Below, one piece after another: positions 1 to 12,205 of a stretch of 64,000 nucleotides of DNA. Where the stretch lies: assembly GCF_963676685.1 (NCBI RefSeq), contig NC_092347.1:12028001-12092000 (forward strand), written 5' to 3'. A model generated the notes under the pieces. The model did no database searches and was not told the origin of the DNA. It saw only the letters and a list, made by a program, of their open reading frames with translations. Both the position numbers and the translations under genes were made by a program. This stretch comes from Mytilus edulis (lineage: Eukaryota). How positions within the stretch are numbered: position 1 is the stretch's first letter; each line of letters opens with the position of its first letter.

Positions 1-360
1 ATGAATGTGCTGAATTTAATTCTAAAACATTTGAGATTTAATCATTAAGCAATGTACAGATGATCAACTTACCGTTTGATACAGTATATCCATCAAATTT
101 AAAATGTGATCCAAAAGGTTCTCGCTTCGAAAATCGCGACGTCCGGATAGCGTACAGAATAGTATCTACACTGTAAATAAAAATATCTAAGCACAAATAA
201 TAAGATTTGAATTGTTTATTAAATTTACAGTCAAGCCATTATAATTTGAAGACGGAATTATTTTTTATCATTTATTTTTCGAACCCTAAGCCTTTTTTGA
301 CCATCCGCTATCAGTAGAAAATATTCGCGTTAAGGAGGCTCGCGGGTATAAGCTTCACTA

Positions 361-2309
361 CAAAAGTCAAAAAGTCTGAAAAGACCAGTTTTTTCTTGAT
401 TTGCATGAACTTTTACTCGACATTCTCCAAAAGTATGACTTGCGTCTTAATTTTTCTTGATCAATTCTCATTTATATCAAATTTGTATGAAATTTACTCG
501 ACATATTGTCAACATTCTGAATATCGTCTTAAAATTCTTGACATTTGAATATTGTCTTGAAATTTCTCGACATATTCTTGACATTCTTATTTTTTTTTTC
601 AGTATAGCTTGACATATTCTGAACATTTTGAATTGTGACTTAAACTTACTTGACAGTTCTGAGTTTTACAAATCATGACCAATATCCGTGATATAACTTT
701 AATCTTTATTCCTCTTTACATTATATACTGTTTACAACAAATATGAACGTTAGGCATGTAAAATAATTGAAAATTTGGGTATCTAAATATTTTTACAAAT
801 GCAAATATGGCAATGAAATCTAGTGTATAAAATAATTCAAATGTGGGTGTGTTGATATAAAACAATTTAAATATTACAAATTTTGATTCCTAAATCTTAT
901 TAATTAAATTATTAAAACCAATCATACTGTATTCATATTTCATTCTACATTCATAATATTCAATTTGAATATGGTAAATAAATATTATACAAAAATGTGG
1001 TTTATATAAATAGCAAATTATGATAATATACAAAAACATGTGTGTAATGTCATCTGTTGGAATGCATAAAGTATTACACATGACAGGATGTTCCTCATAA
1101 AATTAAGGTATTCCACACCCCAGAATACACGCAACTGTCAAATAGAAATTACTGATTTACCTGCTAGCAGCCATACAACTTATCAATTGACCATTCCAAA
1201 GATTAAAAGAAAATTATTATCTACTCCAGGAATAATAAAAACAAAAAGTATTCATAATGGTTCCCATCAATGATTTCTATAGAAATCATTAGTCTTATGA
1301 AATGAATCTCAAACAGACATGCATAATATAGATCTAAACATTTTTTTTCTTTTCAGGAAGGAGTTACATGTATCACCAAAAAAAATTGATAAAATTTTAT
1401 AAAATTCAACACTCAAATTTGAATAAAAAATGTTTTTGGGTTGTTCTAAAAATAAATAAGGTTTTTGAATCAAGATGAGAACGAATTCTTTGACCTACAC
1501 GAATGCCCCCCCCCCCTTTGTTTTTAGCCACACAAACCCAAAAGATGAATTGTGGAGTCCAAAAGAGACACATGGTCACATTTTAAAACTGCCTTCAAGA
1601 CACCTATTTTAGTAAAGCAAATTTGACTGGCAGTTTTTCGAATGGCAAAAATCCAAATGCTGTTTGTCAGTTACTTCGACTTATATTCCAAGTGAAAACA
1701 ATTAACTAAACGTTTAATAAAAAAAATCAAAATTAAAGTACATCGGGGATTAAACAGGGTATTCCAACTTAGGTGCACAAAAAGGGTATCTTACTATACC
1801 AAATTAATCCTTGATTCTTCAAATTTTAGTTTAGCCATAATAAAAAGGAGTATATAACAGCAATAGAATGTCATAAACAGTGCAGGATAAGTCTGTACAC
1901 ATTTCAGGCAAAATGTACATGTGCAATATGTCAAGACATACTCAAGACTGTCAAGAATGTGTCGAGAAATATTCAGACATTATTTAGAATGTCAAGAATA
2001 TGTCAAGACATAATCAGACATTATTAAGAATGTCAAAAATATGTCAAGACAGATCGAGGCAAGTTTAAGACAGTCAAGACTTGGTCGAGACTAATCCAGA
2101 CTCTTATCAGATGATACAGGAAGTGTCGAGAAATTTTAAGACAGTATTCATACTGTCAAAACACATGTCCAAAACAATCAAGAACCTTATTAGACTAATT
2201 AATACTATGTCAAAAAAATTTAAAAATTATTCATACAAATTAAGAATGTCGAGTAAACATTCATGCAAATTCAGACAAAAACTGGTCTTTTCAGACTTTT
2301 TGACCTTTG
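361..2309. mobile_element. Nested non-autonomous TIR element with sub-terminal short tandem repeats
   Basis: CAAAAGTCAAAAAGTCTGAAAAGACCAGTTTT at 361 is mirrored by AAAACTGGTCTTTTCAGACTTTTTGACCTTTG ending at 2309. Degenerate CTCGACATATTCTTGACATT repeats at ~410-660 are inverted at ~1930-2260. Confidence 0.75.
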
Positions 2310-2503
2310 TAAGATTTTCAGAAAAAAATTAAAGATGTATTTTTCATAACAAATTTTATTAATAACCCTAAGTAGTTGTTACTTTATCATATGGTACAAA
2401 AATTATTTCAACAAATTAATACGTGTTTGCCCCAGGTGACTTTTAAAATGTAGATATCATTGAATAAGCTCCAAATAATCTCCCTTTGGTGAAAAAAATG
2501 CCA

Positions 2504-3572
2504 TTTTTGTCGAGCCTGCAACTTTTCAGAAAGCTCGACATAGGGATAGCGATCAGGCGGCGGCGGCGGTGCTAGCACACTTCCTAAAAGCTTTATATTT
2601 TAGAAGGTGGAAGACCTTGATGCGTCATACTTTGTATATATATGCCTCATGTTATGAACTTTCCGTCATACACATGTCCAATGTCCTTGACCTCATTTTC
2701 ATGGTTCAGTGACTACTTGAAAAAAAGTTAAGATTTTTTGTAATGTTAAATTCTCTCTTATTATAAGAAATAGGATAACTATATTTGGTATGTGCGTACC
2801 TTACAAGGGCCTCATACTCGTCAGACAGTTTTTACTTGACCTCAACCTCATTTCGTGGATCAGTGAACAAGGTTAAGTTTTGGTGGTCAAGTCCATATCT
2901 CAGATACTATAAGCAATAAGTCTAGTATATTTGGTGTATGGAAGGACTGTAAGGTGTACATGTCCAACTGGCAGGTGTCATTTGACCTTGTGCTTAATTT
3001 CAATGCTCAGTGGTTATAGTTTAAGTTTTTGTGTTTTGGTCTGTTTTTCTTATACTATATGCAATTGGTCTACTATATTTTATTGTATGGAATGATTGTA
3101 AGGTGTACATGTCTAGCTAACAGGTGTCATCTGACCTTGACCTCTTTTTCATGGTTCAGTGGTCAAAGTTAGGTTTTGAGTTGTGGTTTAATTTTCTAAT
3201 ACTACATGCAATAGGTCAACCATATTTGGTGTATGGAAATATTTTATGATCTAAATGTCAGTCATGCAGAATTTATTTGACCTTGATCTCATTTTCACGG
3301 TTCATTGCTCAGTGTTAAGAATTTGTGTTTTTGGTCTCTTTTTTATAATTAATAAGCAATAGGTTAACTATATTTCTTGTATTGAATAATTGTTAGCTGT
3401 ACATGTCTGCTTGGCATGGTTCATTTGACCTTTACCTCATTGTCATGGTTCATTGATCAATGTTTAGTTTTCTTGGTTAATGATGAGTTTATGTAATAAA
3501 TATTTATATGACTATCAACATAATATCAATAATTAGTAAAGAAGGCGAGACATTTCAGAGTGTGCACTCTTG
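2504..3572 (+). mobile_element. Helentron/HINE-like element with internal ~148-bp satellite-like repeats
   Basis: Inserted in a T-run. 5' short inverted repeat GTCGAGC..GCTCGAC, then a (GGC)n microsatellite and ~6 units carrying TGACCTTGACCTCATTTTCATGGTTCAGTG at ~148-bp spacing. Confidence 0.6.
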
Positions 3573-6500
3573 TTTGGCATTTAAATTGAAATATCTTTTT
3601 TAACTCATCAGTGACCTATATTTTTTATTATTGTTTTCAAATATGCTGTACATAAACTAAATAATTGTAAAATCTAAGCGATTTATGTAATTTAGATCTT
3701 TTTTATTTCGATATTACCGCTATTTCTCCTATTAGCTCAACAGAAAAAAAGGACATGAACAAAAATGTATGCTTCTTTCGAAAGCAGATTGTGAGCGTAA
3801 ATGAACGGTGACCACATTTTTTTATTTTATTTTTTTATTTCATTTTTCTATTAAGTATAAGATAAAGTTCATTTATAGAAAAATATAGCGAAATCCTATA
3901 TTAAATAAAACAATTGATTTAGACCCGCGAGCTCCCTTAAGGCAAAACGATAGCAATATCTTCAGTTAATATTTTCTTAAATAAAATATTTGAACCTATT
4001 CCTTAAAAAGGGACAAATTTATGGACATTGTTTTCGTTTGTGTATACAGATGTCATTCTTTATTTCTAATATGTAAATTCTTAACATAGAAAGATATTTC
4101 AAGACGTTTACTAAAAGAATTCACAAAATGATTGAGTTTTGGATTCTTCACTTTTATTTTGATTAGACTTTATACCCTTGATTAACGTAAAATTACGGTA
4201 TTTGATTGTATAGATTGACTTAGTATGAACAAAACCTCTCAAGATTATTCCAGAGACTTTTCTATCACTATACAAATTGTGCGTAGTCTGAGCCTGTAAA
4301 TGATGACTTTTTTCTTTAAGATTGATTACCTTTACACTATTTTAATATTTGTAATTATATTGTATCTAAATATTATTATTATTGGTGTTATTTCTATTTG
4401 CATTAAAAAATTTAAATTCTTGATAAGCCTTTTTATTCTATCTCATAAATTGAAAGTTTGGTCTTAATTAAAATCTTTTGATTTGTTTAGATTATGAACA
4501 TTTCGAAGACGTGATTAGTCAGGAATATGACAATTGTTTTTCATTCGTTTAATGTGCTTGAGTTTTCGATTTTGCCATTTGATTAGGGACTTTTCGTTTT
4601 GAATTTTCCTTTGAGTTTAATATTATTGCGATTTCACCTTTAAATAATCTGCAATTAAGGATAATGTTAACAAAAGTTAATGATTAACAGTTGGCATATA
4701 TTTATCAATGTATAGATGATTCCCATTGAATTTCATATTGATATGTCAAATTATGTCATAGTCGACTAGTCTAAGCCTCATTTGTAATAACATGAGCAAG
4801 CCGACGGGTGCCACATGTGGAGCAGACTCTGCTTAGCCATCTGGAACCCCTGAGTTTGAATGTCCCTCTGGTATCTTTCGCCCCAAAAGAAATTATTCAA
4901 ACTTCTCTTCCAATCTCTTCATAGTTGCTTTCCATCAATTTGATTTAGTTGTCTCCTTTGAGAGGGACACATTTTTAATTTAAAAGTTGAGCTAGTGCAA
5001 AGTACAAATGTATGTGTAATCAATAATTTTTTGCGAATCTTTAAATTACATATAATTTGTTGTTTAGCTCATATTTCTGATCTCAGAAGTTTGTTTTACT
5101 AAAGATTTGTTAAAACGCCAATACATCACTTTCCACTTATCATCCTTTGAGTGATAAAAAACAAACAAAAAGAACCAGTCTTATGATTGACAAAGGGGAG
5201 TAAAATGTTATTTGTTTAAAAAGTACGCAATAACAGAATCAAATCGGTAATTGGCAAATAAACTATTAGATAAATGGTTTGAGAAGGCAAGATTTTTATG
5301 ATTTTTTTTATAAAAATTGACTCAATTGAATGTTAGTATTCTGTTTAGAATGGTGAAGAGTTAGATCTGATGCGATGCAACAAATAATATAAGAAAACGG
5401 ATTCGTAACCAAACATCAGGTGAACATTTGCCTTGCAAAAATTGAAAAAAGGTTATGATCTAGTTATACTTCAGAAAAAAACCTTATAGAATACAAATAC
5501 ACAATATTATTACGTCAGACCTCGTAAAAAAAAATTGAGCAGTTTTAAACAAAAAATAAATTAGGGAAACACTTAGTAAGATATACATGAAAAAAAGAAG
5601 TTGTAATATGATGGCCGTGTTGTTCATGAATACAATCTTTTGTTGGTCATAATGTTTCAAACAGACGTGAAAGATGCCAATGGGACATGTAAATTATCAG
5701 TCGAAAATAAACTGCCAACACTATGTTAAAAAAGGAGAATAGACCAAAAGACAAACACCAGTATAAATAAAACCACAACATACAAAACTATAGACTGAGC
5801 AATACGAGTCCTAGGATAACTCGTTTGTGATTTTAGATGCTCAACAAGGATAAGAAGATTCTGGACCACATTTTGCCGGTGACAAGTCTAATTTGGTAGG
5901 TCACATTCGTGAAAAAGAGGACAGGATTGTCATGATTGTGGAACATATCCGTCGTCATCTGAGTTTTTGATATTCATGACAGTCAATCAACTGATATGAC
6001 GTCCGTTTAAATTGTTATATTAATTAATAGAATGGATAATAAGATTCTTCAGGAGTTTTAGAAGTATGTAGGATATAAATAAAAACTCGATAGAAGTCAG
6101 TCTATGGGCTATGCGAATAGAGAAACCGTTTCTTATGTTGATAAACGCGGATATTTTCATAAACTCATCATAGATACGGGGACTAAATTTTGTATTTACT
6201 AAAGACTCATCAAGTTAAAAGGCCAAATAAATACGAAGTTGAAGAGCATTGAGGACCAAAAATACATAAAAGCTTTTCCAAGTACAGCTAAGGTAATCTA
6301 TTTCTGAAGTAGAAAAGATTTAGCATTTCAAAACGGGAGATGCATTATGGTGAATTCTCCGACGAATGTTGACATTTGTTGGAACAAAACAATATTAATT
6401 TTTTTCAAACATAGACGTATTGAACACGACAAACGTATTTACAACTTGCCATGTATTTTGAATATTTTATCCCATGTATGTTTTATTTGAGTAAACATGC

Positions 6501-6972
6501 ATTTGCATTAAATAAAGCCTATTTGCACGAGGTGTCTAATTATTTTAATAGTACTGTACCATAGACAGTAGAATTGACATTAAACTTATTTCTCTGAAAA
6601 ATGTCTGCCTAGTTACAGGCTACAATATTGAAGTGTTGACCCAAATATATGTATCATTTTTCATGTCTGTAAGTAATGTTAATAGTTAAATACAGTCATT
6701 GAAAATAACGTAAAATACGTTATCATGTTTTTATTATGCAAACCATTCAAAGTCAATGAAATTTGACTGAAGTTGCAATGCTACAAAATACTTTCTGGAA
6801 ATGATCATGAATATGATAATGCTGCTACAACTGGATACCAAATATCATTGCCCTATTGTCAAATGTTCTCCTTAAACTGGCAACATAAAAAGAACTCTTA
6901 CTATAAAAAGTAAAATAACAAACATGCCGAACTCTAAGTAAAATTCTAATAAGAAAGTCCCTTATCAAAGGA

Positions 6973-7543
6973 GTAGGTCCGGTAAGGGCCGATTTTGGCC
7001 TCAAATTTCAGGTTCATCTAACGAAAGTTTTTGGACACTTTTTAAACACTTAAGTGTCTATTTCAATTGATTCGATTAGTTTATGTGAAAGATTTTAACT
7101 GATTTAGTCATTAAAAACGCTCTGATCCAAGCTTAAATATGAAAAATCTATTAAATATGCCAAAAAAAAACAACACAGACGGTTTTTGTCAAAAATGAAA
7201 GTGGCCGCATCCGTGTTCATCCTCAACCTTTATATATGTTTTGTATTATTATCAAATACAACTTCCATTTCAATATTATGAATAAACACGAATGCGGCCA
7301 CTTTCATTTTAGACGGAAACTGTCTAAAAATTAACCAAAATGCTACAATTTTGAAGATTTCAGTAATTTATCATGACTTAATGATGGTAGAACGCGATAT
7401 TTGTGCATTGTATGTGGCAAAAACAGCTCATATTTATGTAGCAGAAGCATTTTCCTTTCCAAAATATAGCTTAAAGATTACATTTTCACAATTTTCCAAA
7501 ACTGCTATATTTTGGGGCCATAAAGGGGTCTTACTGAACCTAC
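6973..7543. mobile_element. MITE
   Basis: Ends are GTAGGTCCGGTAAG..TTTTGGCCTCAAA and TTTGGGGCCATAAAG..CTTACTGAACCTAC. Internal inverted pair AAAATGAAAGTGGCCGCAT / ATGCGGCCACTTTCATTTT. Confidence 0.7.
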
Positions 7544-7909
7544 ACAATTATAGATAAAATATCTCTGAATAAATTCAGCTTACAAAACATAACATACGAA
7601 AATGACTAGACTGTAAAGGGGAAAATCCGGTTCATTTATCCAACCAAAGCAATATTTAACTTTGATTGCATTTTAATGAATGATCGTTATTTAACTTTAA
7701 AAATTGAAAAAGTAAATAAAGAAGACCAGAATATAAAATAATGCGACAAAACGAAAGTAGATAATAAATGAACCAAACAAAAAAGAACACAGAAGGAAAG
7801 GACCGCGAAATGGCATAGTACATAGATATAACTTGGCAAAAAAATATAGCCTAGAAAATATAATTTTAAAAATTATATGAAATAAGCTCGAATGAGTACT
7901 ATACCAATA

Positions 7910-8540
7910 AATAAACTCATACAAGGACTAAATTTTGTATATACGCCAGACGCGCGTTTCGTCTACAAAAGATTCAACAGTGACGCCCGAATCCAAAAAA
8001 GTTAAAAGGCCAAATAAAGTACGAAGTTGAAGAGCATTGAGGATCAAAATGCCTGAACATTTGGCCAAATACAGCTAATGTAGTCTATGCCTGAGGTAGA
8101 AAAGCTTTAGTATTTCAAAAAAATCTAAATTTTGTAAACAGTAAATTTATAAATATAACCATATCAATGATAATTCATGTCAGCACAAGTGCTGACTACT
8201 GGACTTGTGATACCCTCGGGGAAATAAATATCCACCAGCAGTGGCATCGACCCAGTGGTTTTAAATAAACTCATCATAGATACAAAGACTAAATTTTGTA
8301 TATACGCCAGACGCGCGTTTCGTCCACAAAAGACTCATCAGTGACGCTCGAATCCAAAAAGGTTAAAAAGGCCAAATAAAGTACGAAGTTAAAGAGCATT
8401 GAGGACCAAAATGCCTAAACGTTTTGCCAAATACAGCTAAGGCAATCTATGCCTGAGATAGAAAAACCTTAGTATTTAAAAAAAATCAAAATTTTGTAAA
8501 CAGTTAATTTATAAATATAACCATATCAATGATAATTCAG
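7910..8540 (-). mobile_element. Tandem ~360-bp hammerhead-ribozyme repeat (non-LTR retrozyme, family 1)
   Basis: About 1.7 tandem units with period 361 bp, each with a hammerhead core on the minus strand. The first core is mutated (CTGTTGA); the second is intact. Confidence 0.8.
8304..8349 (-). ncRNA. Minimal type I hammerhead ribozyme
   Basis: Minus strand reads GAGCGTCA-CTGATGA-GTCT(TTTGT)GGAC-GAAA-CGCGC-GTC|TGGCGT. Conserved core, stems I and II pair, stem III is palindromic, GUC cleavage triplet. Confidence 0.85.
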
Positions 8541-9646
8541 TGTTGACAGCTGGGCTTTTTGAAAGAAGGGAATAAAGCTGGAAAACTAACACGTTTGGTA
8601 TGTCACAGCAACCTATTACATAATAATCAAAGAACAACATTTCCCTGTATATCTTAGATACTCTGGTGAATGACGTTGGTTTATTTAAAATTTAAAATTC
8701 AATGTATGTTGACAAAAGTCCATAAAGACTTCACAACATGCATTTAGAAAAATTCTTTTGTAAAATTTCTACTTCATCGAGAAAATATATTGCAAAAGTT
8801 GCGACTTTATCTTTTTAAATGGCCACTTTTCCGTTTATTACCGTTGAAATACACACTTGATTCACTTGTATGCCGCTGATGTTACTACAGTTGTACCTCG
8901 AAAAGACGTGGTCGTTTATGTGAAAGAGAGGCGAAAGATATCAAAGAGATATTTAAACTCATAAGTGGAAACACACTGACATTGTGATAAGAAAGATCAA
9001 CAAACAACGATAAAAGGAAAAACATTATACACATAATACAACTCAGAAAATTAAAGGCTAACTTAATCTGAGGGGACAACAATGTGTTTGTTATTAAGGA
9101 TGGTCAGGTGATTAGCAAGATTTGTTTAATAAAGGATCGAATACCATGTGTATTCATAGACCAATTCGTTTTTATATCCAGATTATATGTGAATGCAGAA
9201 GTGCAATCAAGAGGTTTATAAAAGGGAATTAATTTATGATGAAGGATGATTGCCCAAGTTAATGGCATCGAGGTCTTTATTGGGAAAGGGAAATTTTAGA
9301 GAGTACTTTGGGGTTTGCAACAGAGGTTTTCAAATGTAAGTTATACAGGGAATACACATTTGAAAGGACAAGTGAAAAAAATCCGTAATAGTGCGATGAC
9401 TAGATACATTATGGAGTTTGTGATGTATTTTAGCCAGTACTTCGGTACTGGCACGAATTTACGGATTTTTTGTGTTATTAAAATTTGCTGTTACAAAATG
9501 ATAGAAATTATTATAAATTAAGGAATGTATCTCCCTCATGCAAAGCTCTGATTCCTTGCACGGATTTGGCTATACTTTTTGGACCTTTTGGATTATAGCT
9601 CTTCATCTTTTATATAAGCTTTGGATTTCAAATATTTTGGCCACGA

Positions 9647-9690
9647 GCATCACTGAAGAGACATGTATTGTCGAAATGCGCATCTGGTGC
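9647..9690 (+). ncRNA. Minimal type I hammerhead ribozyme (retrozyme family 2; copy spans ~9430-9715)
   Basis: GCATCA-CTGAAGA-GACA(TGTAT)TGTC-GAAA-TGCGC-ATC|TGGTGC. Confidence 0.85.
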
Positions 9691-10447
9691 AAGAAAATTG
9701 GTACCGTTAATTTTATTAACAATAACAAGGACTATGTCTTCGTCGAGAAGCAGAGGAAAAATATTCATTACATTTAATGATATAAAGGAATGAATAGATT
9801 CTATTACATTATGTAACTTCATCAACATCATAATCTCATGATTTCATAACTAGAGGTTTTGGTTGACAATTACAAACACCAACAGGTAATAGCAATAGCG
9901 GATGTTGCCCAGAATTTGTAGTATTCAAGGTTGAAGCATCAATTTTCAATTTTTAAAACCATTAATTGCGCACATAAGAATAACCAGGCAAACAAACTTT
10001 TATTTAAATTCACCAATTTTTATCTTTTTACATATTTGCTGTTTCCATGGAATGTTAGATGCAGATTTTCACATGATTGGTTACCTTTTCATAAAGTTCA
10101 TTACGGTTGAAACTGTTTTGATTTTTAAGGGGAAATGGCGGAATTTTAAAAAGCTAAATTAAGGTACACATCTTCAATCGGCAATTATAGTTTCTGCTAT
10201 TGTCAAGATTTATCAAAATTGCTATATATGATCAACTTCTAGAAACTAATGTGGACAAAAAGTCTTTGAAGAGACGAGAGATAATATTGTATGATACAAC
10301 CCGACAGACGTTCCAGTGATATTTTTCAAAAGTTAATAACGAAGACAAACTAGACATAATAGTATACTGATTTTCCACAAACAAGATCATACAACTGTCA
10401 CATGTGCTATGCTGTAGAAGAATTTAATTGATATACTAGTAAGTATA

Positions 10448-11370
10448 ATTATTTTTGTGACTGTATCTTACATTAATTTGTAGGATCCTTTACTTAAGGA
10501 TGTACCTAGGTGAGGTTTTGGAATTTGTGTAAAATGTTCGGACTCCTTGGTATTTTTCCATACAATACAATGTAAAATATTTTGCCCCATAACAACCATT
10601 TATTTTTTCATATAAGACTTAATAGCTCATGAAAGGTCATTTACCAAAATTTTAGAAGATTCTTGATTTTCTTTCTTCTGTTTTGAGAGACAAAATAATA
10701 CCAATGCAAATATAAGGTAAAAGTCCGAGTCAGCCTTTTCCCGCCAAATTTTAAATCTCAAATATCTCGAAAAGAAGGTCCATGACCTATCAATATTTTT
10801 AGCTTATCTTTATCCTTAATTGATGCTCTACCAGCTTATGATATCAATTTTAAATTCTTGATTTATTAATTTTCACCTAACCTCACCAAAGTACATTCTT
10901 AAGATAATTTAGCTGATCTGTAAAAATAACAGTAGCATGGGTTCGAATCCCGGCGAGGGAAGAAACAAAAATTTGCAAAAGCAAATTTACAGATCTAACA
11001 TTGTTGGGTTGATGTTAAGACGAGTTGTATATACAGAATGTACACAGTCATGTATCACCACCACTGCTGGTGATCCGATGGATAAATCTGTTGTAGAGTT
11101 GTCACTGGTTCTCTAATTTACTGATCTATAATTGTTGGGTTGATGTTGGTATATATATACAACTCGTCTTAACATCAACTCAACAACAATGTTAGATCTG
11201 TAATATGCTTTTGCAAATTTTTTGTTCTTCCCTCGCCGGTATTCGAACCCATGGTTCTGAGATATCGTGACACCAAATGGCCTGGATGGTTTCTTTTTAC
11301 AGATCAGCTAAATTATCTATAGTAAAGGATCCTACAATAAATGTAAGATACAGTCACAGAAATAATAATA
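10448..11370. repeat. Inverted pair of a repeat carrying a tRNA-like B-box
   Basis: 10448-11030 (minus the insert) is mirrored by 11150-11370. GGGTTCGAATCCC at ~10939 and its inverse TTCGAACCC at ~11242. Confidence 0.7.
10498..10898. mobile_element. TTAA-specific MITE inserted in the left arm of the inverted pair
   Basis: TTAA at 10494-10497 and 10899-10902. Ends are GGATGTACCTAGGTGAGGTT and AACCTCACCAAAGTACATTC. The mirror arm lacks the insert. Confidence 0.75.
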
Positions 11371-11836
11371 TTTATGAGTGCCTAGAAAATTTTGGAATGT
11401 ACTTATAGTATTTGTATATACTAGATCGGCATATTATTTGCGACGGCGTTTTTGAGGTAAAGAATTAGAGGAATGTCTTGTCCAATACTTCTTTGATTTC
11501 ATTTCCACTGATAACCTCCCTTCATGAGACAACATATCATGACAATCTATCGACGAAATATTGCCTAAATACACACAAAACCAACCTCCCTTCTCTGTAT
11601 TTAATTTCATAGATGAGGGTAATATATCAGAATAAATAGTCACATAAAATAAGCCCTATATAAATTTAAATATATAACTAGTATACGAAAATGAAAAGTT
11701 CATTGGTACAGTAATGAATATTTGAAGAGAAACAACATGGAAAAAGTTAATCAAAATACGAAAAGCACATATATAAAGGCTTAATATTTTAACGAAACAA
11801 TAACATATTAATATCCACCCAATATATATTATAAAA

Positions 11837-12205
11837 TAATTGAGAATGGAAATGGGGAATAAGTCAAAAACAGAAACAACCCGACAATATAGCAGATTAC
11901 AACCATTGGTCTTCAACGCAACGAGAAAATCCCGCACCCGGAGGTGTTCCTCATTTGGTCCCTAAATAAAAAATGTGTACTAGTTCATAGAAAATTGACG
12001 TCACACTAAACTCTAAAACATATAAATTAACTAAAACTTTAAAAAACATACAAGACTAACAATGGACAGAAGCTACTTGGGACAGACACAATAAAGTGGC
12101 GGGGATAAAAATGTTTTGTGAGATCTCAACCTTCCCTCAATACCTCTAGCCAATGCAGAATAAAGAGATACATATCAATACGCACAGTAAATTTTGCTTT
12201 AAAAG
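11837..12205. repeat. Dispersed SINE-like repeat (further copies ~45078-45204, ~51803-52110)
   Basis: Shared AATTGAGAATGGAAATGGGGAAT..ACAACCCGAC..TCCCGCACCCGGAGG sequence. Confidence 0.7.

Larger units (their letters stand above)
334..3936. mobile_element. Non-autonomous TIR DNA transposon with TTAA target duplication (Kolobok/piggyBac-like), hosting two nested insertions
   Basis: TTAA at 330-333 and 3937-3940. Termini are GGAGGCTCGCGGGT(A)TAA and its near-inverse TTTAGACCCGCGAGCTCCC. Confidence 0.75.

Noticed and set aside
9538-9777. Recurrent ORF MQSSDS..CIVEMRIWC (also 46107, 46751)
   Set aside because: It is a translation of the hammerhead retrozyme repeat; the conservation is explained by RNA structure and copy number.
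10935-10960. tRNA gene
   Set aside because: Only a T-arm/B-box is present, with no cloverleaf; it is part of a repeat.
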